This document shows positions 56,652-64,000 of a DNA stretch of 64,000 bases, in pieces. The number at the start of each line of letters is the position of its first letter. Positions within the stretch are counted from its first letter, which is position 1. Position numbers and translations under genes: made by a program. The notes beneath the pieces were generated by a model that was given only the letters and a program-made list of their open reading frames with translations, had not been told where the DNA came from and made no database searches. Where the stretch lies: assembly GCA_905182025.1 (NCBI GenBank), contig CAJJAA010000017.1, forward strand, positions 6,672-70,671. Reading direction: 5' to 3'. The stretch is from an uncultured OM182 clade bacterium. Its GTDB lineage: Bacteria > Pseudomonadota > Gammaproteobacteria > Pseudomonadales > Azotimanducaceae.

Positions 56652-58976
56652 ATGATAAGAATTAAAAGCTTTATTGGCCTGTTTTTGTTGGCCTTGAGCT
56701 GCAACGCTAGCGCTTTTGTAGTTTCAGACGTTCGAATTGAGGGACTACAGCGGGTATCAGTCGGCACCGTGTTTGCGTCTATCCCTGTGAATGTGGGTGA
56801 TGAGTTGGGCGATGTTGAAGTTCGACAGCTCATTCGAAACCTGTTTCAGACCGGATCCTTTGAAGATGTTCAGGTCGGCCGTGATGGAAGTGTGCTTGTT
56901 ATCACATTGTCTGAACGTCCAGCCATTGACTCCATCGTTATCGAAGGCAATAAGGCGATTAAAACCGAGGCGTTGTTAGAAGGCCTAAATTCTTCAGGCC
57001 TGGCCGAAGGCGAGATTTTCAAGAAAGTTACCCTTGAACACATCAGAACAGACCTAGAGCGACAGTATGTTTCTCAGGGTCGCTACGGCGCAAGAATTGA
57101 AACCGCGCTCGTGCCGATGCCGCGTAACCGTGTCGCCATTCGGATTGAGGTGAGTGAAGGTGATGTGGCCGGCATACGTCACATCAACATTGTCGGTAAC
57201 GGTGTCTTTGATGATGAGACTCTGCTTGATCTACTTGAGCTGAGGTTGCCCAGTTTATTTTCCTTTTACACCAAGGACGACAAGTACTCACGGGAAAAAC
57301 TCACCGGCGATTTGGAAACCCTTGAGTCGCATTACCTAGACCGTGGTTATCTCAACTTTGTGATTGACTCAACTCAGGTATCAATTGCGCCGAACAAAGA
57401 AGATGTTTACATCACGGTAAACATTATCGAAGGCGACCTGTATACGGTGAGTGCCGTGGATATTGCCGGTGAATTACATGATATCCCCGAAGAAGGTATT
57501 CGCGCGTTGGTTTATGTCCAGCCAGGCCAAACATTTTCACGGCAATTGATAACAGTTTCTGAAGAACAGATTGAGCGTGCATTGGGAAATGCCGGCTACA
57601 CCTTTTCTAGTGCGACCGGCCAACCTGTGCCAAACGATGATGACAACTCGGTCGAGGTCAAATTTTTTGTTGATGCGGGTAACCGAGCCTACGTACGTAA
57701 AGTTACTTTCCGAGGTAATACGCATACGCAGGATGATGTGCTGCGTAGAGAGATGCGTCAGATGGAGGGTGGTTGGGCGTCAAATGCCTTTATCGAACGC
57801 TCCAAGGTTCGACTTGAACGACTCGGCTTCTTTAAGGATGTTGGCGTTGAAACACCAACGGTCCCGGGCGTTGATGATCAGATCGACGTTGAATATACCG
57901 TCGAAGAGCAATCCTCGGGTTCGATATCAGGTACGTTGGGATACGCTCAAGACATGGGAGTCATTCTGGGTGCAAGTTACCAGGACTCAAATATTTGGGG
58001 CACAGGCAACAGTGTTTCAGTCGGCGTGAATCAAAGTGATTTTCAAACCTCCTACAACTTTTCGTTCTTTGACCCTTATTACACAGTCGACGGTGTGAGT
58101 CGCGGTTATTCTTTCTTCTTTCGTTCAAGTGATTTTGACGCGAGAAATATTGCACGGTTTTCAACCGATTCATATGGCGCTAACGTTAACTTTGGTTACC
58201 CGATTAGCGAAATTGCGCGAGTGAATTTCACTTTCGGTTATGAGAATACAGAAATTACCGAAGGTATTTTCCCCGCGCAGGAGATATCCCAGTTTTTGCA
58301 GAGAGAAGGTAATGAATTCAATTTGTTCTCTGTGCAGGCCGCCTATTCAATGTCTGCTTTGAATCGTGGTTTTTTGCCTACGGGCGGCCGGTCACAATCC
58401 CTCTCGTTTGAAATGACCGTGCCGGGTAGTGAACTTGAGTTTTACCGCATTAATTATCAAGGTCAGATTTTCTTGCCGTTAACTAGAGCTTTGACACTGA
58501 GACTGTCGACGCGATTGGGTTACGGCGACTCCTATGGCAGCACGGAAACCTATCCATTTTATAAGAATTTCTATGCCGGTGGGTTTGGTTCTGTGCGTGG
58601 CTACGAGAGCAATTCACTCGGACCAAGGTCAACGCCTAATCCGAACGACTCTTTCGCAGAGCCAGATCCAATCGGCGGTAACGTATTGGCGACGTTCAAT
58701 GCGGAAATCATCTTCCCATTGCCTTTTGTTGAGGATCAGCGACAAATGAAGTCGGTCTTCTTTATTGATGGCGGTAACGTCTTCAATTCAAACTGCCTGG
58801 AAGTGAGTGTTATATGTACCGACCCTAAAGATGGCGAACTGCGTTATACGGCCGGTTTCGCACTCACATGGATCACCGGTTTTGCGCCGTTGAGCTTTAG
58901 CATCTCGATACCACTTAACGAGAAAGACGGTGATGAGACGGAGTCGTTCCAGTTCGAACTAGGTCAGGCGATGTAG
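56652..58976 (+). CDS. bamA: outer membrane protein assembly factor BamA
   Basis: Signal peptide, POTRA repeats (VSDVRIEGLQRVS...) and a C-terminal beta-barrel. Confidence 0.95.
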   Translation: MIRIKSFIGLFLLALSCNASAFVVSDVRIEGLQRVSVGTVFASIPVNVGDELGDVEVRQLIRNLFQTGSFEDVQVGRDGSVLVITLSERPAIDSIVIEGNKAIKTEALLEGLNSSGLAEGEIFKKVTLEHIRTDLERQYVSQGRYGARIETALVPMPRNRVAIRIEVSEGDVAGIRHINIVGNGVFDDETLLDLLELRLPSLFSFYTKDDKYSREKLTGDLETLESHYLDRGYLNFVIDSTQVSIAPNKEDVYITVNIIEGDLYTVSAVDIAGELHDIPEEGIRALVYVQPGQTFSRQLITVSEEQIERALGNAGYTFSSATGQPVPNDDDNSVEVKFFVDAGNRAYVRKVTFRGNTHTQDDVLRREMRQMEGGWASNAFIERSKVRLERLGFFKDVGVETPTVPGVDDQIDVEYTVEEQSSGSISGTLGYAQDMGVILGASYQDSNIWGTGNSVSVGVNQSDFQTSYNFSFFDPYYTVDGVSRGYSFFFRSSDFDARNIARFSTDSYGANVNFGYPISEIARVNFTFGYENTEITEGIFPAQEISQFLQREGNEFNLFSVQAAYSMSALNRGFLPTGGRSQSLSFEMTVPGSELEFYRINYQGQIFLPLTRALTLRLSTRLGYGDSYGSTETYPFYKNFYAGGFGSVRGYESNSLGPRSTPNPNDSFAEPDPIGGNVLATFNAEIIFPLPFVEDQRQMKSVFFIDGGNVFNSNCLEVSVICTDPKDGELRYTAGFALTWITGFAPLSFSISIPLNEKDGDETESFQFELGQAM

Positions 58977-59330
58977 CGATAAAGCGCCATTTTTTCATCC
59001 TGTAGATCGAATTTGAATGCTTACTTTAGTCAACGAGCACGATGATTTAGGCAAGGTTGTTTGGAACTAAAACAGTCTTTTTGTTGTCTAGATTAGGTAA
59101 CCTGCGACGAATGGTGATTTTGCCTGTTATACAAGGTTAATCGGTCGCCGAGACATTGAATCGAGCTCGCGGATGTGACAACATCAGCGCCTTCAAAAAT
59201 GCGTTCGACACAGGGGCTTGTTTTAAGGGCAACTTGAACGATACGTGTTAGATAAGGAACTTAGGTTCAAAACTAGGCCAGACGCTGTTCTAACCGTCTT
59301 GGCTCAGACGAAAATGCAATAGGCTTGTTG

Positions 59331-59357
59331 AATAAGCTGAATAAGCTGAATAAGACG
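59331..59357. repeat. 3 tandem copies of a 9-bp unit AATAAGCTG (third copy AATAAGACG)
   Basis: Read directly in the bamA-skp spacer. Confidence 0.85.
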
Positions 59358-59390
59358 GTCGTGTTAAAGGTTCCAAAATAAGAGACGAAC

Positions 59391-59408
59391 ACGCCCTAGG
59401 CGTTTTTT
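59391..59408 (+). terminator. weak intrinsic-terminator-like hairpin just upstream of skp
   Basis: acgcc-cta-ggcgt (a 5-bp GC-rich stem with a 3-nt loop), followed by a T6 run. Confidence 0.35.
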
Positions 59409-59457
59409 CATGAAACTTTACAAATTTCTAATTCAATAGCACTTGAGGAGACAATCT

Positions 59458-59979
59458 GTGTCTATAAAACAATCTATCCTGGCAATCCTGGCGATTTCGG
59501 TATTGACCGTTACTTCACCATTCGCATCAGCTGAAGTTAAGATCGCTGTTGTCGATGTGCAGAATGCCATTCTTCAGTCAGAGGAAGCTAAGCGTCTCTT
59601 AACGCAGATCCAAGAAGAATTTAAAGGCGAAGAAGACGAGATTCGTAAGATTCAATCGGAAGCAGCCGCGTTGTTAGAGCGAATGAACAAAGATGCTGAT
59701 GTGATGAGTGACTCAGAGAAGCGCCGTCTGCAACAGCAAATTGAATCAATGAACAATGACTTCGTCTATCTTAGACAGAAGCTACAGCGCCAGATCGAAG
59801 AGCGCCAGACAGAACTCTTTACCGGTATTGACAGTAAAGTTCAAAAGGCCATTGAAGAACTCGTTTTGTCTGAAGACTATGACATGATCCTTCCTCGTGG
59901 AGCGGTTCTCTATGTCACAGACCTTTACAACATTACGCGTAAAGTGACAGAGAAGCTCAATCAGTTAAATGCCAAATAG
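59458..59979 (+). CDS. skp: periplasmic chaperone Skp (OmpH)
   Basis: Signal peptide, coiled-coil-rich sequence (IAVVDVQNAILQSEEAK...) and position between bamA and lpxD. GTG 59458 has GAGGAG 7 nt upstream. Confidence 0.8.
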   Translation: MSIKQSILAILAISVLTVTSPFASAEVKIAVVDVQNAILQSEEAKRLLTQIQEEFKGEEDEIRKIQSEAAALLERMNKDADVMSDSEKRRLQQQIESMNNDFVYLRQKLQRQIEERQTELFTGIDSKVQKAIEELVLSEDYDMILPRGAVLYVTDLYNITRKVTEKLNQLNAK

Positions 59980-60081
59980 TATCGAATAGATAGTCTCGAT
60001 TAACATTCCACAATTCGGTTTGAAACTGAATCGGTTGGAATCATCGAGCCGATCATTCCAGCAATGATCATATAAATTAGG

Positions 60082-60114
60082 AAATGGGGGTGCTTTGGGA
60101 CCCCCATTTTTTTT
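60082..60114 (+). terminator. rho-independent terminator after skp
   Basis: A perfect 9-10 bp stem (aaatggggg(t) / (a)cccccattt), followed by a T8 run. Confidence 0.8.
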
Positions 60115-60139
60115 GTCTTAACCTGCTCGGAGCAGTGGC

Positions 60140-61165
60140 TTGAACTACACACTAGGTGAGATAGCTGAAAGGTTTAGTCTAGAGTTGCGTGGCGACCCAA
60201 CAATCCAAATTTCAGGAATTGCGAGCCTAGAAGAAGCGACGGTTGAGCAGTTGGCATTCTTGTTTAATTCGACCTTTACCAAATCATTAGCTGGCTCCCA
60301 GGCCGCTGCTGTGGTTTTGTCCGAAAACGATGCGGCATCCACCGATAAACCAACACTCATTAGTGCTCAGCCACGATTAGCTTTGGCGCGAATTGCGAGT
60401 CTATTTGATTCACGACCGCTGCCGGATCAGCGTGTTCATGAAACAGCCGTCGTCGCTGCGACAGCGAGCTACGGTAGTCAGGTCACAATTGGTGCAAATA
60501 CCGTTGTTGAATCAAATGCTAGAATTGATACGGGATCAGAGATCGGTCCCGGTTGTTTCATTGGTGCAAATGTAAGAATTGGTGAAGGCGCACAAATAGC
60601 GGCGAACGTCAGTATTTATCATGATGTTGAAATCGGTGAGCGAGTCGTTATTCATAGTGGCGCGGTACTCGGCGCTGATGGATTTGGATTTGAGTTTGAT
60701 GCTCAGACGTCCACGTTAGTTAAAGTGCCGCAGATTTATAGTGTCCAAATTGGTAACGATGTCGAGATCGGTGCAGGTACAACAATTGACCGCGGTGCTT
60801 TGCGACATACAATTATCGGTAACGGGGTCAAACTCGATAACCAAGTTCAAATTGGACACAACTCGCGTGTCGGTAACAATACCGCTATTTCAGGTTGCAC
60901 TGCGGTTGCGGGCAGTACCACTATCGGCGCGTATTGTCTGATTGGTGGTGGTGTAGGCATCATAAATAACATCGAAATAGCTGATCAGGTCGAAGTCACA
61001 GCGATGTCGCTTGTCAGTCGGTCGATTAAAGAAAAAGGACGGTACTCGTCAGGAACAGGTCTGATGTCGGGTACTCTATGGAAACGGAATATTGTGGGAT
61101 TCTCTAAGTTGGACGAGCTGTTTAAGCGAGTTCGCTCTTTGGAGCGCCTCGAGAAGAAAAAATAA
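60140..61165 (+). CDS. lpxD: UDP-3-O-acylglucosamine N-acyltransferase
   Basis: Collinear with E. coli LpxD, with hexapeptide repeats and the GADGFGF block. The start codon is TTG. Confidence 0.9.
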   Translation: MNYTLGEIAERFSLELRGDPTIQISGIASLEEATVEQLAFLFNSTFTKSLAGSQAAAVVLSENDAASTDKPTLISAQPRLALARIASLFDSRPLPDQRVHETAVVAATASYGSQVTIGANTVVESNARIDTGSEIGPGCFIGANVRIGEGAQIAANVSIYHDVEIGERVVIHSGAVLGADGFGFEFDAQTSTLVKVPQIYSVQIGNDVEIGAGTTIDRGALRHTIIGNGVKLDNQVQIGHNSRVGNNTAISGCTAVAGSTTIGAYCLIGGGVGIINNIEIADQVEVTAMSLVSRSIKEKGRYSSGTGLMSGTLWKRNIVGFSKLDELFKRVRSLERLEKKK

Positions 61166-61617
61166 TGGATTATCTAATGGACATTAACGAAATCTGCCAG
61201 CTCCTTCCGCATCGCTACCCTTTCTTGCTGGTTGATCGAGTTGTCGAGTTTGAAGCAGACAAGCGAATTGTGGCAATTAAAAACGTCACGATTAATGAAC
61301 CACAGTTCAATGGACATTTCCCGGGTAACCCTGTTTTTCCAGGCGTTATGATCGTCGAAGCATTGGCGCAAGCTTCCGGAATTCTCGCTTTTAAGAGTCG
61401 TAATCGAACCTTGGCTGATGGTTACGTCTACTATCTTGCCGGTACCGATAAGACGAAGTTCAAACGATCAGTTGTACCTGGCGATCAAATGCGCCTTGAG
61501 GTTGAGATTACAAACCTGAGAAATCACTGGTTGAAAGCAACCGGTAAAGCCTATGTTGATGGCCAACTTGTCTGTTCGACGAGTCTGACCTGTGCGGAAC
61601 AGAAAGTTACCTTATAG
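61165..61617 (+). CDS. fabZ: 3-hydroxyacyl-ACP dehydratase
   Basis: LPHRYPFLLVDRV and FNGHFPGNPVFPGV motifs. The start overlaps the lpxD stop (TAATG). Confidence 0.95.
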   Translation: MDYLMDINEICQLLPHRYPFLLVDRVVEFEADKRIVAIKNVTINEPQFNGHFPGNPVFPGVMIVEALAQASGILAFKSRNRTLADGYVYYLAGTDKTKFKRSVVPGDQMRLEVEITNLRNHWLKATGKAYVDGQLVCSTSLTCAEQKVTL

Positions 61618-61639
61618 TAAGTAGACAATGGCAATTTAA

Positions 61640-62866
61640 TTGTGCCAGAGGAAGTCAGCGCTGAACGTGTTGCAATCGGACTCATTAGATACAGAGACTG
61701 TCGAGACGGACAAGCCGGTAATTTTTGCGCTACTCGCAGGAGAGATTTCTGGGGATAATCTTGGCGTCGATCTCATTCGAGGCTTGAAAGCTCGATTTCC
61801 TGCCGCTCGATTTGTTGGCGTCGGGGGACCCGCCATGATTTCGGAAGGTATGGAGTCATGGTTTGATATCAGTCGGCTTTCAGTTAACGGTTTTGTTGAT
61901 CCACTAAAACGCCTACCCGATCTCATTCACATCCTTCGTGAAATGAAACGGAAAACAATTGAAAGTGGCGCTTTGTGTTTCATTGGTATTGATTTCAATT
62001 TTTTTAATTTGCTGCTGGAAGGCATGTTAAAAAAACAGGGCGTTAAGACTGTTCATTATGTTTCACCAACAGTTTGGGCATGGCGCAAAGGTCGAATAAA
62101 AAGTATCGCAAAAAAAGTCGATCTGATGCTAACGCTCTATCCATTCGAGCTGGATATCTACAGAGAAAACGGCATTGATGCCGAGTTTGTAGGTCATCCG
62201 AAAGCCTACGAATATGATCCGTTAGATGGAATTACCGGTATGCCGGCGGCACAGGAAAAATATGGCGTGAGCCATGCGAGCCACGTTGTCGCAATACTGC
62301 CGGGTAGTCGAAGCGGCGAAGTGACACATACAGGTCCAGATTTCCTTAGAGCCGCCATTATTGTTGCGGAAGCACTTCCCGATGCGATGTTTATCATTGC
62401 GGCAGCGAACGAAAAAAGAAAACAGCAGATTGAACAACTCATCGAGCTTGAAGTTGGCTCCCAGAACACGGCTTTGAAGGTAAATGTTGTTACTGGAGAT
62501 GCCAAAGTGGTCATGCAAGCTGCGGATCTGGTTTTAGTTAATTCAGGCACTGCCACCCTTGAAGCGATGTTGTTACGTAAACCAATGGTCATGTCATATC
62601 GATTGGGCAAGATCACTTATGCCATTATTTCAAGGCTGGTCACAACAGATTACTTTGCTTTGCCGAATATCCTTAGCCAAAAACCACTGGTTCCTGAGTA
62701 TATTCAAGATGCAGCGACCCCTGAAGTTCTAGCGGACGCGATGATGGCGTTACTTAAACAACCTAACAACGAGTTAACTGCAGCATTTGACGAGATACAT
62801 CAAGGGTTGAGAAAAAACTCGGGTGAAGTCGCAGCACAGGCCATAGCAAAACTTATCGTTCGCTAA
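61640..62866 (+). CDS. lpxB: lipid-A-disaccharide synthase
   Basis: [26 protein letters not shown] and LPGSR blocks are collinear with E. coli LpxB. The true start is probably GTG 61667 or TTG 61670 rather than 61640. Confidence 0.9.
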   Translation: MCQRKSALNVLQSDSLDTETVETDKPVIFALLAGEISGDNLGVDLIRGLKARFPAARFVGVGGPAMISEGMESWFDISRLSVNGFVDPLKRLPDLIHILREMKRKTIESGALCFIGIDFNFFNLLLEGMLKKQGVKTVHYVSPTVWAWRKGRIKSIAKKVDLMLTLYPFELDIYRENGIDAEFVGHPKAYEYDPLDGITGMPAAQEKYGVSHASHVVAILPGSRSGEVTHTGPDFLRAAIIVAEALPDAMFIIAAANEKRKQQIEQLIELEVGSQNTALKVNVVTGDAKVVMQAADLVLVNSGTATLEAMLLRKPMVMSYRLGKITYAIISRLVTTDYFALPNILSQKPLVPEYIQDAATPEVLADAMMALLKQPNNELTAAFDEIHQGLRKNSGEVAAQAIAKLIVR

Positions 62867-63465
62867 TGAAAATGACGTTAAATTCAAAATATAGAAAAGA
62901 CCGTATAGCAGGTGTCGACGAGGTAGGCCGAGGTCCTCTTGCGGGTGCTGTGCTGGCGGCGGCGGTAATTCTTGACCCTGCCAATCCTATTGAGGGCTTG
63001 AAGGACTCAAAAGCGCTTACGGAGAAGCGACGTATTGTGCTTGATCAGGCAATAAGAGAACGCGCTATAGCCTATTGTGTGGCACGAGCGGAGGTGTATG
63101 AAATTGATGAAATCAATATCCTGCATGCCACTATGCTCGCGATGCAACGAGCGGTTGCGGGTCTTAGCGTGAAGGCAGAATATGCCATCGTTGACGGCAA
63201 CCGTAGTCCGGTATTTGAATGTCCCTCAGATTGGCTTATAAAGGGCGATACAAAACATGATGCCATTAAGGCTGCATCCATCATTGCTAAAGTAGCTCGA
63301 GACCAAGAGATGATTGAGCTTGATGCTGTTTTTCCACAATATGGCTTCGCGCAACATAAGGGCTATCCGACGCGTATGCATTTGGCGGCATTGAAGAAGT
63401 ACGGGCCCACAGAAATTCATCGCATGTCCTTCAGGCCCTGTCGAGATGCGTTGGAGGAAAGTTAG
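62866..63465 (+). CDS. rnhB: ribonuclease HII
   Basis: [14 protein letters not shown] and DSKALT motifs in a 199-aa protein. Confidence 0.95.
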   Translation: MKMTLNSKYRKDRIAGVDEVGRGPLAGAVLAAAVILDPANPIEGLKDSKALTEKRRIVLDQAIRERAIAYCVARAEVYEIDEINILHATMLAMQRAVAGLSVKAEYAIVDGNRSPVFECPSDWLIKGDTKHDAIKAASIIAKVARDQEMIELDAVFPQYGFAQHKGYPTRMHLAALKKYGPTEIHRMSFRPCRDALEES

Positions 63466-63636
63466 TAAATGCAGATGACATACAAGGCGACGGCGTTTGG
63501 CGTCACTTGGATCTAGATAGCCACGACCACAGTTTCATCGAGTCTATGGCTGTTTTACGAAAATCGACCTGGCGGTCTAAAAGCCCGTGAACGATTCGGC
63601 TGTCGGTAAAATTTAATTTATAGGAGAAATAACCTA

Positions 63637-64000
63637 GTGGAAAATCGAGAATTTGATGTCATTGTTTGGGGGGCCACCGGTTTCACAGGCCAACTTGTTG
63701 TTGAATACATGGCGAGTAAATACGGCGCAGATAGCGATTTGAAATGGGCGGTTGCTGGACGAAATGCCAAAAAGTTGGCGAACGTGGTCAGCAAAAGAGC
63801 CGGAGGTTTTGCCGCAGATATCCCCCAGTTGATTGCCAACAGTGATGACCCTGACTCGATTCGTGCACTGGTCGCTCGGACCAAGGTCATCTGTGCTGTC
63901 GTCGGTCCCTATGCCTTATATGGCGAGGCGGTTGTTGCAGCTTGTGCTGAGCAGGGCACGCATTACTGCGACCTCACCGGTGAAGTGCAGTGGATGCGAA
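63637..64000 (+). CDS. saccharopine dehydrogenase-like NAD(P)-binding protein (5' part; continues beyond window)
   Basis: Not in the ORF track because it is open-ended. GTG 63637 has AGGAG upstream. The translation VENREFDVIVWGATGFTGQLVVEYM...AVVGPYALYGEAVVAACAEQGTHYCDLTGE matches the saccharopine dehydrogenase / trans-acting enoyl reductase N-terminal Rossmann domain. Confidence 0.65.
   Translation, partial: MENREFDVIVWGATGFTGQLVVEYMASKYGADSDLKWAVAGRNAKKLANVVSKRAGGFAADIPQLIANSDDPDSIRALVARTKVICAVVGPYALYGEAVVAACAEQGTHYCDLTGEVQWMR

Noticed and set aside
59246-59275. A perfect GGAACTT (sigma-E -35 hexamer-like) in the bamA-skp spacer.
   Set aside because: No TCAAA or TCTGA-type -10 element lies at the required 16-17 nt spacing. 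The sequence there is cagac.
59412-59438. GAAACTT-N14-TCAAT immediately upstream of skp, considered as a sigma-E promoter.
   Set aside because: The spacer is 14 nt rather than 16-17 nt. I did not think it supportable without experimental data.
1-64000. Search for mobile elements, prophage, CRISPR-Cas, restriction-modification, retron or other defence genes, and for tRNA, rRNA or tmRNA genes.
   Set aside because: None of the supplied ORFs resembles an integrase, transposase, reverse transcriptase, Cas protein, methylase or nuclease. I saw no tRNA-like T-arm motifs in the intergenic spacers. The window reads as conserved core chromosome.

Overview
This window looks like core chromosome of a gammaproteobacterium. 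The gene order resembles Pseudomonadales or Cellvibrionales-type genomes. I read about 60 protein genes. I recognised no rRNA or tRNA genes, CRISPR arrays, transposases, integrases, phage genes or defence genes.

Gene content from left to right:
- ung 3' end.
- A valine-catabolism cluster: mmsA, acyl-CoA dehydrogenase, enoyl-CoA hydratase, 3-hydroxyisobutyryl-CoA hydrolase and mmsB.
- An APH(6)-like kinase, then ygfZ, sdhE-ygfX and nadB.
- rpoE/algU, rseA, rseB, rseC and degP/mucD.
- lepA, lepB, a DUF4845 gene, rnc, era and recO.
- A DUF1330 gene, an orphan ECF sigma factor and a gacS/barA-like sensor that is divergent from cysM-rlmD-relA-adk.
- A Lys/Ala-repeat histone-like gene, mobA, yoaA, tsaB and rsmJ.
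- A tightly packed minus-strand block: map, glnD, dapC, dapD, dapE, orf130, gspN, gspC, gspD and plsB.
- The conserved rpsB-tsf-pyrH-frr-cdsA-dxr-rseP-bamA-skp-lpxD-fabZ-lpxB-rnhB cluster.

I did not find a convincing novel multi-gene system. The observations most worth a second look are:
1. The positional GacS/BarA orthologue keeps its receiver and HPt domains, but its autokinase core looks dead by eye.
2. A 1.7 kb stretch of lepA-lepB carries many single-base indels. This is most likely a sequence-quality problem.
3. The rpoE-rseA spacer is unusually long and contains a near-consensus sigma-E promoter.
4. uppS and lpxA are absent from their conserved slots.
5. The bamA-skp spacer is about 480 bp and non-coding.
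6. Several intergenic spacers are built from short tandem duplications rich in stop codons.

All domain and motif calls were made by eye from the supplied translations. No searches or computations were run.
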